Shown: positions 52,301-64,000 of the stretch, one piece after another
How positions within the stretch are numbered: position 1 is the stretch's first letter
Layout: each line of letters starts with the position of its first letter
From: Fimbriosthenelais zetlandica
Lineage: Eukaryota
Reading direction: 5' to 3'
Assembly (NCBI GenBank): GCA_977030845.1
Contig: OZ365113.1
Location: 11,408,001-11,472,000 of the forward strand
DNA: 64,000 nt
Notes under the pieces: model-generated
Told to the model about the DNA's origin: nothing
Database searches by the model: none
The model's input: the letters and a program-made list of their open reading frames with translations, nothing else
Translations under genes and position numbers: made by a program

Positions 52301-53448
52301 CATTTAGATCAAAAATAGATTTTATAGCTCTATGAACAGTCATATGATGTTATATAGAAGAGGAAATGTGTCATCTATTTGGTATAATAATTTTCGACAG
52401 CAAAGTTTTTCATCAACTCCAAAAATCAATTTTCATAATGAATGTTGAATCTGGAATCAGACAAGTACTCTTCCCCATCTATGCTGAGCCCCAGTGCCTC
52501 TGTTTTCTATATTGTAATTACCCCTTTTGTGACTATTTATCCAACATACTGTTGTCACTACCCCTAGTTTCTTTCATCGCTGTAAAACTTAATTTTCTGG
52601 TCTTACAATTGGACACCCCTCCACCATGTATATTATACACATCAGACCCATGCTGTCGAACGTTATCTATACCCGCTGATTAAAATTTGCTTAGTTTTAT
52701 ATTTGATATGCCTGCCATCTATCGACCCTGAGAGTTACTCTTTGTTGATTGGGATCTTATGCAAGTTACTGCACTCAAATTACTGCCAAATTTTCAGAAT
52801 CAGTTGTCTAAGATGTCTAATAGATTATTCTGTCAGTCGGCTATCAGTCATTCTACAAATCATATAATATTTATATACATCCTAATTGACAGTAACAAGC
52901 AGAACATCCATCGACAGGGAGTAATCAGGTTCTCCTTCTTGCCCTTTGTTTAGATGTACAGTAAAAAGAACCTAATAGCACAGTCACAAATGGTTTACTC
53001 TCGAACCATGACTAAATCCAGCTGGGACTGTTTCCGGTTATGGTTCAGCACGAAACCCAAATGCAGCTGTGCTACTAGGAGGGAAATACCTCCATCTGTG
53101 CTCAATTTCTTTTTAAGTACGTTTAAAAACTGCCTAGGATTTTCCATCGAATTAGGCCCCAATTCTTTCATTTTACATTACGGATTACAATTTTGGAGCT
53201 TGCATGTCCAAATTATATTTTTGCTTTAGCTGAAAAACAAAATCTTAATCCCAACAAAAAGAGGCAGTTAAAAAGTTTAGAATCGATTAATGAAAGTCCC
53301 ACTTGTACGACTCGTTGCTCGGCATAGTCTACAGTCTACAGGTTTTGTTGCCATGCAGGTTGCAACAAGACAAAATTAGTATTATATAAGACTATTTAGA
53401 CTGACCCTACAGTTAACTGCATGTCGGGTATGACCCCAATTTTTCCAG

Positions 53449-53514
53449 ATGCTGGAATAATGACCACGAGCAAGATCACGAGGCTCGACCGTTCGCCAAT
53501 GACGTAACCGCCAG
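53449..53514 (+). CDS. Weak candidate exon (66 bp)
   Basis: Acceptor caatttttccAG| and a weaker donor CAG|GTAGAT. CpG-rich; only phase 2 is open (CWNNDHEQDHEARPFANDVTA). Confidence 0.15.
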
Positions 53515-55938
53515 GTAGATTGGATTCATTCCTTAGAGATAAATATTTTCATATCACTAACATTTGGCAAACAAAATCAGTCAGTTTCTTCTCACACATA
53601 ATAAATAGAAATATTTGTTTCCATCTCATTTTAGTAGAATTATTGCCAATGAACCATCAGCATCTCCTCTCTGAGATTTAGAACATGTTTCTTTTTAATT
53701 GAGGGAGACTATTTTTGCGACCCTGTATATGCAAGCATAGATGTATTCTTATTTACGTGTAATTCACAATAATACCATGTTTATTAGTCTATTCTTGTAT
53801 GCCAATGTTGGCTAATTCGTCAGTGTCATGCCCTGAGAGAAGATACATTAAGTTTTCCTTTCTTTTCGGAATCAGTCGAAAAATGCTTGATACATGCGAT
53901 TCACGAGCATAATGATTTGTATTTGAATTTGAGCACAAATCAGGGGTCTCTATATTGATTTATGAAGCACTTTGCATATGGCATTTTATTCATATGCACG
54001 ACCGTTTTCATATCTACATGATATGTCACCTTTGTACGTTTATTTGTAACTATTTTGATTTCCATATGTGTCGGCCCGCTATATTAGGTAAATTTTCTCG
54101 TATTGTATGTATAACCCTGCCTTGCTTTACTCTTTTTCTACTCCTTATTTAATCTCTCAAATGCGCCATCGCTTGGCAAGAAAATGGAGCATGCTTCGGT
54201 GCTAGTCTGCAAACTTCTCGTCAGGGGGAGTACAGGTCCATGTGTCATAATAATGACACTTTGCTTCGATAGTCTAGCATTCTGTGGGAATGCATAAAGT
54301 AAAATTTTGTTCTTGTCAAATAAATTGAAAGAATCAATCTAAATTCGCTACCCTCTTCTTCCATCATGTCATTGAGCTTTTTATTATATGTCATTTTTCA
54401 TGATGACGCCGTATTTTTTTAATCATTCATCCCTATACCTATAGGCCTATTTCTTTCAAAATCCAACCTTTGCCATCGGTTCAGAGCACAAAAGCACGTT
54501 AGATTTTATTCGCCATTTTTATCACTCAATCAAATAATAGCTAGATAAGCAGAGGTGGCTATGTAGACTGAATTTTGTAGAACCTCGCAATATAACAATT
54601 ATTTCGATATTAAATGGAAACTCTCGGTAAGATGCACCGATTTTTCTCTTATTTTTGAGCCCTTATACCGCGCACTCTCTGAACGAGCAACTGCAATATG
54701 CTCCTTTTGTTTTAAAGGAACAAAAATTGCTTTTAAACTGGCATTTGATAAAGAATTCCAACATCAGGAAAATCTTTCCCAAAACAATGTTTTCACTATG
54801 TATCATACTCCTTCAACTGATCTGAGCATGCTGTTGCCTTCAGTGCTGTTTTCTTTCCCTTTCCTTTCCATTTCCTGTCTCTAACAATTCACTCTTTACC
54901 TAAACTTCATCCTTGCCATCATCAATCTGAATATAAAACAAAGAAATAACTTCTAAAATAATGGTTAATCTTAACTTATGGTGTGAATGAAATTAACTTA
55001 AAAACACTATAGGTTACAATATATATCTGTATATATATAGTAGAATGACCTTTTTCCTGTTTAACCGTTATTACACCTCTTGTACATAATTTCCTACCAT
55101 CCTTATAGTTTGGATTGCATTTTACTACTCTAGATGCATAGGACCAAAAGGATCGTGCCAAGCCCATTGTAATGATTTTCCTTGTTGTGAACTAGTGGCC
55201 TTTAACCGTAGTTTTTTTTTTATCAAACATTCTTTTCAGGTACTCACGAAAATATGAGTTTGTTTTGTTATCTAGATCCTGGACGTAGGCAGAACAGTGG
55301 AAAAGAGATCGGGCCCAGAGCAGAACCAACTGTTGAATGTATTTGCATGAATTATTAGCATTGAATTTCTGTCATGTTTATGAAGGAATCTTTTCCAATG
55401 GGTGTTATCATGCCTTGATTCATATATTACATCTTCCACTTTATTGCCAGAAAATGTTTATTTGAATATTTTACTTACTTTGCTTGATTATACTAGTTTT
55501 TTTCGTAAATATATATCCACAGGTACGAAATTTGCCTCAGGATGGACAGATGTCATAACATCACTTTCCCTTTCAGTTATACATCCTAATGTTAAATTAA
55601 CCAAATCTCATCTAAATGAAAGAATATTCCCAAATAACATGAACAAAAATATACACCCATAACATAAATATCACGCATGATCACAGTCATAATGATAATA
55701 TAATAATACGATACATGTAAGTGATTGAGATCGTTGGCTTTCACTGTTTCCATTGCGTTTGTTGCGCGTTCCCATATAATATGTTCAGAAGTTAAAAGCA
55801 TGTTTATCTACCCTTGCTTTTAATTCCACACTAACCTCTGTAATTGCACACCAGCAAACCTTGTGACTTTCATAACATTTGCCAATATTAGCTTCTTGCA
55901 TTCCATCTTCTGTACCAGCTTTTTCTTTCATTGCTTTG

Positions 55939-56162
55939 CAAACCTATACCCCAATTTCCATTGCCGTAACCAAAATGGCATTTAACTGCAGTGTTCAAAG
56001 GTATACAAAGACATACTATCAGCAGATGCTGTCTTCTAAAATTCCACACGGCCCTAAACACGTGGCAGGCCACGTGACCAAGTCAAGAACAAACACAATC
56101 AAATAAATCACAAGGTAAGAAGAATATTTCTTGACCTAAGTAAAGCATTTGACAAATATATT
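55939..56162 (+). mobile_element. CR1/L2-like LINE reverse-transcriptase fragment with frameshift
   Basis: QTYTPISIAVTKMAF (Y at 55945; cf. NYRPIS...SK+F), then in another frame KVRRIFLDLSKAFDK (IFLDLSKAFD at 56124-56153). The ~63-codon separation is about the normal spacing. Confidence 0.6.
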
Positions 56163-56312
56163 ATCAACATGGTGTAAACTGCAATTGTTGAGCTGCAGAA
56201 ACCCAATACAGGTTCTGTATTACTTATAGTATCATCTCCTGAGGAGGACACGGATAAAATATCTATTTCCATGCGGACTATTAGGAAGGCTTGTAACTCT
56301 CTGTAAAAGATT

Positions 56313-56490
56313 CCACAGATCAAGAGTACGGTAGTTAGCAGAGTAGGAACATATCCCACAGATCAAGAGTACGGTAGTTAGCAGAGTAGGAACATATCCC
56401 ACAGATCAAGAGTACGGTAGTTAGCAGAGTAGGAACATATCCCACAGATCAAGAGTACGGTAGTTAGCAGAGTAGGAACATATCCCACAG
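56313..56490. repeat. Perfect 43-bp minisatellite, 4 copies plus 6 nt
   Basis: CCACAGATCAAGAGTACGGTAGTTAGCAGAGTAGGAACATATC units start at 56313, 56356, 56399 and 56442; no mismatches, no spacers. Confidence 0.98.
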
Positions 56491-59400
56491 GAACAACTGC
56501 AAAGCACGCTATGGCCCACTTCCCTGTAGGATGCCAGAATGTTCCCTGCAGAATCCCAGCCCTAAATAAATCCCTGGTGGCAATGATAACTCATGTCTCG
56601 TGAGGATTTTTTTCTAAGCAAGAGTTACCCATAAGAGGATGAATCTCTCCTAGATCACCTCACACCACAGTGAAAACACCAGAGGGTTAACGCCCTTAAA
56701 GGCCTCTGGATAAGCTGCATTCTACAAAGTCTGATGTTATTGTTTCGTATTTTTGTTGGTTTATTCAGCCCTCCTGTTGCCACCATGGGGGAAATTATAA
56801 GATAAGCCATGCCTTATTTTAGCTATCACGGGCTTTAAGGTGGAATTAGGAGCATTTTTTATTTTGGGGTGTAAAATATAATGCTTAATCCAGCGGTGCT
56901 CAAGATTTAAGCATGGATTCAGTTGGCTGATATATTATCGAGGCTGTCAGAATAATCATTGTGTCATGGCTGACATTTTTACTGTTCATTTATCCATCTC
57001 ACACCCTTATCCTTCCAAAATACACATATTGATGACTGGATCAATATCAATCTATACCATGAGCCAAGGCTACCTAAATATATATAGCTAATCCCTGTGT
57101 CCACATGGTTGGTGTAAATAGAATACCAAAATTATGCCTACTGGTCCCATTGACCCACGTCCACCCCCTTACAACACGCGGTAACCCGGTATGGAGTGAG
57201 GGTTGGATTAACTTTCAAGTGTGGGATTTGTAGAAACCTGTCAGTCGTTGTGCATTGGGGAACCAGCGCAGGAATGCGCATGCCATAGCCGTGAAAAGGC
57301 CCAACTAGTTCACATCATTGATAGTGTAAGATACTTACATTCCCTTCAGGCTATCATGGTATATTGGGCTAGAATTCTCCTTTTAGAGTCATTTCTAGTC
57401 CAGACATTCACCGAATTGAAAACGATATTGTGAGAAATATTCCATTCAGTTTTCCTAAAAGGGTATTGTAAACCATGGCCAGCATTATCTAATGACTCTT
57501 GATGGTCACTTTATTGAAGGAACTATCAGAGAACCATAAACATTTAAATGCAAAGGTTAAGGGTTTCTGTCATGCATTATATGATTTTGACCCACTCCAT
57601 GGATATTTATGCAATGGCTGGCCCATACTGTCTCGATTAATCGCTGAAAGAAGGTCGGCAATCGTCTATGGCAGATAAGTGATCATAACCATGATCATCC
57701 ACTTCATAGTATTGTCATCACCAGTTATATTCTCAAACAGCAGTGCTCAACAATACAGGACTATTGCGGACATCAACACCAATATAGGCCTAACATTTTA
57801 CACCAGTTAGGCCTAACCTTCTACGTACATCAATATGCATTTTGTCGGTTTTGCTGGCACTTCAACGTGAGTCTTTCAGTCCTTTGGTTCTCATGTTTTA
57901 ATTGTCATCAATCAATTATACCTCGAATATATCCTTCCTTTCTGGCTCTTTTTATTCTTTGTGTGTTTTAACGGCTTCCGATTTTTAGTATCTTCAGGTT
58001 GGACCCTCTGGAAAACCTTTAACCATGTTGTATGAAGAATGGAGCTAGTAGTTACTCAGAGGTTGTAATGTTCTTACATGATCTTAAACCAATATCTGTT
58101 TGAAGACAAAGCCTATCACTAGATATTGTTTTCACAACACCTGTTGATGCACTTCTGTTTACAATAGTCTTATGTCCTATATAATGGACTACGTAGCATA
58201 TCATTTTTCTGAAACGGACCACACGGAGCAATATTAATGCTATTCTAGGATATACAATACAGTTGGCCCTGCATTGAAATGATTGGTAGATCCTGAACGA
58301 TTTATGATGTGGTATTATTCGTAGTGGCATGCGTGTATGTTAAACACGTGTTGTCAGGTGCTGTTCGATTTTCTACTGCTATATAGTCAACCAATGTGCC
58401 ATTGTCTGTTGGCTGCGGCAAGTCGGTTAGCAAAGCAGGATATGCGTGGGATGCACCAAAGAAAGTGAATGGTTAATGGCGTTACAACAGTGCCAGCGTA
58501 GGCATGACAGCTGTGCCAACATTTTTATTTATAAGCTGGAAATTCGGTGAGAAGAGCAGAAGACTTGGCCCTCCTTTACCAATCCAATATAAGAGCTCAA
58601 CGTAACTCATTCCATCACAGAGGCGGATGACAGTGTCTTGTGGCTGGCCGGCTGAGCTGGCGACATTTTTATTCGGGCAGGCGATGTTAGAGGCAGTTGG
58701 ATCAGGCATCCCAGTCTCGTTCTGGTGACAATTCTCTCGCAGTTTATCGCCTCCCTGGTGAGATTTCTACTACACAAGTCGGCCAGTGCTTCCACCAAGA
58801 TGTCAAGCTGTCGACCCCAATGCCTGCACACTCTCTTGTCACAGGTCTCTCTTGGCCCCGGCATCGGCTGTTTGCACCTCGACATCCCCCAACGGTGATA
58901 GTGATGCAGCTGTAGTCCAACCAGAGGCCATAGTGCTTAGTCTCTAGCACCAAGCCTACTTCTACTAATACCAGCAGCAAAAAGGTATATCACCTCCACA
59001 ATTACTCATCTATATTTGACTGGTAGTACTTACTTTTCCAAGGACAGTCCGAGATAAGTTGGAAGAAAAAGTTGTGGAAAGGGAGGACACGGGTGGATAG
59101 GAAGGACAAGTGAACATTTCTAGGAATTCAGTTTAACAATACAATCAACACTGCCTTGTCACTATCTGTACTAACTCATAGTCCTACTCCTCGCTCCAGT
59201 TCCATTGCCAGCTCTTTCTCTACCGCAATATAAGCTGCTCTTGATCAAAAACCATGCATTGACCTTCAGTGACAATAACAGTTATTGTACTGAGATCGCA
59301 CTGACATGGATTTGGCAAATAGCTGAAGTCTGACAATGGCTGCAAACACTTACAAAACAACTGGCTCAAAACATCTACCAGGAATTACAATAATGATTTT

Positions 59401-60894
59401 ACTCTCTTCAAATCCATATACCTGTTGAGTTGAAGAACTCGCGCAGTTTGCTTTTGCATAGCTAAAAGATTTCTGCGGATTTCATGGGAGTGTTCTACCG
59501 AGGAATGTGTAGTGTATTCATGCCATGGTCTATTATTTCTATCTGAAGTAAACCCATTTACAGTCCAATATAAACCAGCATAGATAAACACCAGTTTATG
59601 AGAGTGTACTGGACTCCCACATACAACTGATCCTGCTATTCTGATCACTACCAGTGAAGCTCCAAAAGCAACAGTTCATCTTCCAGGAACGAACAACTCC
59701 CATCAGAAACCCTCTATAATGAAAGTATATTTTGATATACCTGCTTTGAATATGAAGCTTATACTTGACAGCTGCATTCTCAACTTCCATTATAAGTTTA
59801 ATAGTAGATGGGAGATATTTTGAATCGTTTTGATACATTTTGCATATCACTTATTGATCAATGGTGATTGTAAAATGTGACTTGCCTAAACAAAACAGCC
59901 ATTAGGTGTAGCTGTAATCCAATAAGGCACAGCTGCTGACAAGTCAACCAGCCTGCTTGGGTGTGTGTGTACATTGTGAATTGACCGGGAGCACTGTACA
60001 TTGGGGTCTGTAGTGTAGTGTAATTTTTTCTAAAATATCACTTCCATTTCAGGACACCGGTTCCTACCAGTGTACTGTGTGCTTTCCTGGGTCCGTTTAG
60101 TAATTAATGCTAAACTGCAGGACGGATGGTTTTAGACATGTCCCCACTATAGCCTCCATATGATTGTGGGACTGCAGACTTCCGCTCTCGGCAAACAGTT
60201 CCAGGATAATCTTAATACTTTGTCCGACAACCACCACCACCACCACTCTTACCATGATTTCGGTGGCTCTTGCTTCCTCGACAGGAGGTAAGTAGATCCT
60301 TTGCATAGGCACCAGATCAAACGAAAGTAACTTGTCTGCTTTCTAAGAAAGTGTTCCATGCCTTTCTACCAGGCTCTGGTTGGGAGACCTTTACTTTAGG
60401 TCATACTTTGGGTCATAGGAGTCTTCTTTAGGATCATTCATGGTCGCTTCTCTTTTTCATCCAATATTCTTGCTTAGATACAAGCAGCACATTAAGCAAA
60501 TCGTTACGGATAATCGCACATAATTATACAAAATGCAGTTATGCATTCTTGCCGATGTTAGAAATTTTCACAGCCTTTTAGATGTACGCAGTATTCTATG
60601 GAGTACATTACACGATCAATACTATAAATTTCGTGGTTAAGGAAAATATTTTGATCACCTCTCACGATCTGTAATGCAGTTATTGCATGTGTAAAAACCA
60701 AAGTTTTTGGTATAGCATTTATACACAGATGCCAGGGAATGAAACAGAAAGGGGCGCAACAGCGTTGTGCAATAAAAACTTGATATTTTGCATGATGGCT
60801 CAAAATTCCATGTCACTGGCAATGCCAACAGCAACTTGTCTCCACAATAACTGCCCAGGTTTGAAATGGGTAGAGGCGCCATCTTTTGGCAAGG

Positions 60895-61032
60895 AACAAC
60901 AAACCGACTAAGGTGATCGATTGCACTGACTATGCTCGACTTGTTTTGCCTTCGATTGGCCATCAACCCTACGTGCTGCGCTTTCCATTTGTTCAGCTCA
61001 TAGAATTGCCTGCAATTTTGTAACCAGACAAC
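60895..61032 (-). mobile_element. Ty3/Gypsy integrase remnant (end of zinc finger to start of core)
   Basis: VVWLQNCRQFYELNKWKAQHVGLMANRRQNKSSIVSAIDHLSRFVV resembles V..C..CQ..K...W..+H+D+.GP.....GNKY+LV.ID.FSRFV. The first catalytic Asp position is Gly, the linker is shortened, and no second D or E motif was found. Confidence 0.42.
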
Positions 61033-63616
61033 AATTGAGTAGTGAATAGTGACTAACACATAACACCCGCCAAGTGTGCAAAACTCAGTCAATGTCATAG
61101 ATCCCTCTTACAGTTCACAACAACTGTCCATGAGATATAACTCTTTCTGTACTACCTTTCATATTTAAGATGAAAGAACAAATACTTAGGACAATGTGTC
61201 CCCCATGCTAGATTTTATCATCTGTCTGTTATAAAAAAATTAGTTGGAAGCCCTGGGGAAAATGCCCAATATTTTTACAACTGTTTAAACTGATACTTTA
61301 GATGAGGACTTGACAATAGGTCGCTTTGCTGTTGCTCCCTCAGGTGTGAGCTAAATTATGCATTGGCATATCCCATGCACCCAATCCGTCTGTACAGATG
61401 GATGTGCGTTTGGTTGTGCTATTCAAACAAGTTAGGCCCCTGACTAACCAAAGCATTTCATATAATACTCAATGTCATTTTCCATAACATATCCACATAG
61501 AAATGCACTTGTAAACCCATCTAAACTATTGTTGCTACTTTTTTGTCCATACTGAAACCATTTTAGGAAATAACTTTCCAAAATGTTTGCTTTCGTCGTA
61601 TTCAAGATGGTGGTTTCCTGTGTATTGAGTTAGATTGAATCAGCATATAGGGGACGTATGGGAGCAGGTATGCTATGTGAAGGTTAAATGGAATTATGAT
61701 CCACTGTTTAGTCGCGAAACAATGGAGTTGTTATGGGCTGGATTATTGTCAGCCTTCAGGAGGTAATAATTATATGATATCCACCTGTGTCAAATGGTGC
61801 ACGGTTGTCTGGTGCATATAGCTGGCTGAATGGTATGGAAATATCATATAATGGCGTGCTAGTCTTGGCATTCTAATATCAGATAGATCTGTATCAGTGG
61901 AACATTATTCATAATCAGAGTTGCATTGCTGGCAGGCTAGAATGTTGGCTTTATGCCTAATAGTTTACACAACTCTTTTTTCATCAGTCATTCATCTTTT
62001 TCTTTCTTCTCTTTGCTAATTTTCTTCGACATTTGCCTGTATTTTTTCCATAATTCCTATTTATAGAGGTCCCTCCTAACCGTTTCTCTTCTTGTCTGCT
62101 CTCTTTCATATTTCTCCCTCCTTCCTAAGACTTTTTCCCATTCCCTCATCCCTTCTTCTACCTTGGTTCTGTCGGCCCACAAGCCATTGTTTGGCTGGGG
62201 GAGACGGACATTGATTTTTCCTGAGCTCTCCTCCCTTGCAGGCCTGCACAAACCAGCACTAGGGAGGCCTCAAGGCAAAGCATGTTGAGTTTATCACACT
62301 CCCCCCTCTCTCCCACAACAAGTAGGCAGGGTAGAGCAAGCACTGCACAGCAGGTGAAAGGTATAATATATCCATGATAATTGACAAGCACCACCATTTT
62401 TAAAACTTCTATTAAACGGCGACCACTCTAAGCACACTGACTACAATGAATGATTGACAGTATGCTATGCTGGTATTATCGCCCACTGCTGCCTGTCAGG
62501 TGCAGCAGGGCATGAAATGGCTCCCAGCTCCATCAATAATCGTTTGATGTTTTGCATTTTGCTGCGACAACATTGGGGCGGATATAAACCCCTCCAATTG
62601 ACATGTATACGAAGCCATCATATATAGCCAGCAGGCATCCACTGAAGTAGTTTATGGTCGGTAGGCTACACTGTGCTTGGCAAAAAAGAGGTGGTCATTT
62701 ATTTAACAAGATTGCAGGAAAAGGCAGGCTTGATGTTCGGACCACATCCAAAAGTGTGCTATATCCCATGAAATTTACCTGCAAGAGAATGGAGAGCTTC
62801 ATACATGTTGAAGGAAAATCTTTAAGTCAATGACCATAACAATTGTTCCCTAAAATATTGTTTGAGTTGAAAGAGCCAACCAAGATTTGGACATGGCAGC
62901 AGAAGCAATGCTTGGCTGCACTTTACTGTGAACTTGATGTCGGCTGACATCTATAAAATTTATTAATGTTGATGTTAATCATGACAATGTAGCTCCTCAG
63001 GACTATTTTGGTTTTTATTAGGCATATAGCCAAACCTTTTCGCTAGAGGCAATATTGGATTGGGATATTAGATAGATATTAATCTGCCAATTGTTCATTA
63101 CTTCTATCCTCGAGCATAGAACGTCTTCCAAACAGCTACTAAGACCTGCTGTTCTATCCCATATGTTATTATTGTCCTTTTTTAGGCCGTTCGTAGTTTG
63201 TCGTATTTGTCGTTGTTATAACTTTAGTTTGGCCATTAGATCGGGATTTCTATATGTGTACCTCACATTCTCATCATGAACAGATGGTTGAATCATATTC
63301 TTGAATGACATAGATCAGGGATGTTGGGCTTCTTTTCCCTGATCAGTGAAAATGTCCAGGCTAAGAATGGTCTTCTGAGTTGGTTACCTCTTACCGAGTT
63401 GGCATTTAATCCATGGGAGTCCTCGCATTTCCTCCTGAGACCCAATCTGTGTTGATCTCAATTTATACTCAATTCCAATCAGATAGTGACCACTTCCCTT
63501 GTTCACTTGGTCAACCCGAACCCAACATTTCTGCTGATGGGATTGGAAAGATTTGGCGGATTTTGCCCTTTCTTGCTTGATTTGTATTGACCATGCAAAG
63601 TTAATGGTATAGGCGG

Positions 63617-63802
63617 GTGAGTCCATTGCAGGAAAGAGGGGTGCATGTTGGAAAGCCAGCACAAGGGCTTGCAAGCAAAGCATTGAGAGAATTGCTGCAG
63701 CAGTATAACCCCCTATCAAGTATGTGGGTGTGGACTAACCACCCCACCCTATCCTTCGCTTGGTGCAGAAGAGGGACTAGGGGTAATCTAGCATTGTGTA
63801 TA
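63617..63802 (+). mobile_element. L1/Tx1-type AP-endonuclease remnant
   Basis: SPLQERG...ASKALRELLQQYNPLSSMWVWTNHPTLSFAWCRRGTRGNL resembles L..LDR.......S..L..L+...L.D+WR..HP....FTW.......SR+D, but the catalytic residues are not conserved. Confidence 0.3.
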
Positions 63803-64000
63803 GCAAGCTCGTTCTGAAAGCTCGGCAAGAGGGAGCGGAGGGGGATGAAGAGTTGGTGTTGGATCTACCAGTATTGGTAGCGCTACCTGAAGCCCACTCT
63901 TTGTACTACCTTCAGCTAGATTCCTCCAGTAGTCTGGGAGCAGGTGAGTGTCTGGAGGAGCATTATAATGGCGCCCAGCGGGAAGAGGGATCCCAGTCAA

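Noticed and set aside
35995-56490. CRISPR interpretation of the 17-bp, 43-bp or TGGCTTC arrays
   Set aside because: The first two have no spacers, the third has only a 7-nt repeat, and there are no cas-like ORFs or prokaryotic gene density.
60178-60287. Candidate exon ending at GAG|GTAAGT with a His5 tract
   Set aside because: The donor is strong, but the acceptor is ambiguous with a poor pyrimidine tract, and the His run is a CCA microsatellite.
1-64000. The supplied ORF track as a gene set
   Set aside because: All ORFs are 60-176 aa, overlap on both strands, often start at non-ATG codons or derive from microsatellites, and none has a complete recognisable domain. This is the pattern expected from non-coding DNA.

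Overview
The window looks like eukaryotic, largely non-coding DNA (roughly 40% GC by eye, CpG-poor outside a few short islands). It has no long ORF (the longest is 176 aa and low-complexity), no operon structure, and no rRNA, intact tRNA or CRISPR array. I cannot name any gene. What the sequence supports is: (i) exact tandem repeats (43 bp x4, 17 bp x4.5, 15 bp x2), microsatellites and homopolymers; (ii) many short, decayed retroelement remnants recognised by eye from translated motifs (LINE RT/endonuclease, Ty3/Gypsy integrase, a tRNA-Lys-like SINE head, a SINE/LINE 3' tail); (iii) a few candidate spliceosomal exons, plus two EGF-like Cys-rich remnants; (iv) a dense cluster of metazoan-type transcription-factor motifs at 13.44-13.50 kb; and (v) an array of seven TGGCTTC heptamers with variable spacers at 41.08-41.26 kb. 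Over-represented TAGGCCTA/TACATGTA octamers and the SINE tail suggest a marine invertebrate, but that is inference from recollection. Several retroelement motifs have collapsed spacing and mixed clade flavour, so provenance (natural versus synthetic/assembled) should be verified first. I found no convincing evidence of a complete novel biological system. All motif calls are unaided pattern recognition and need profile searches.
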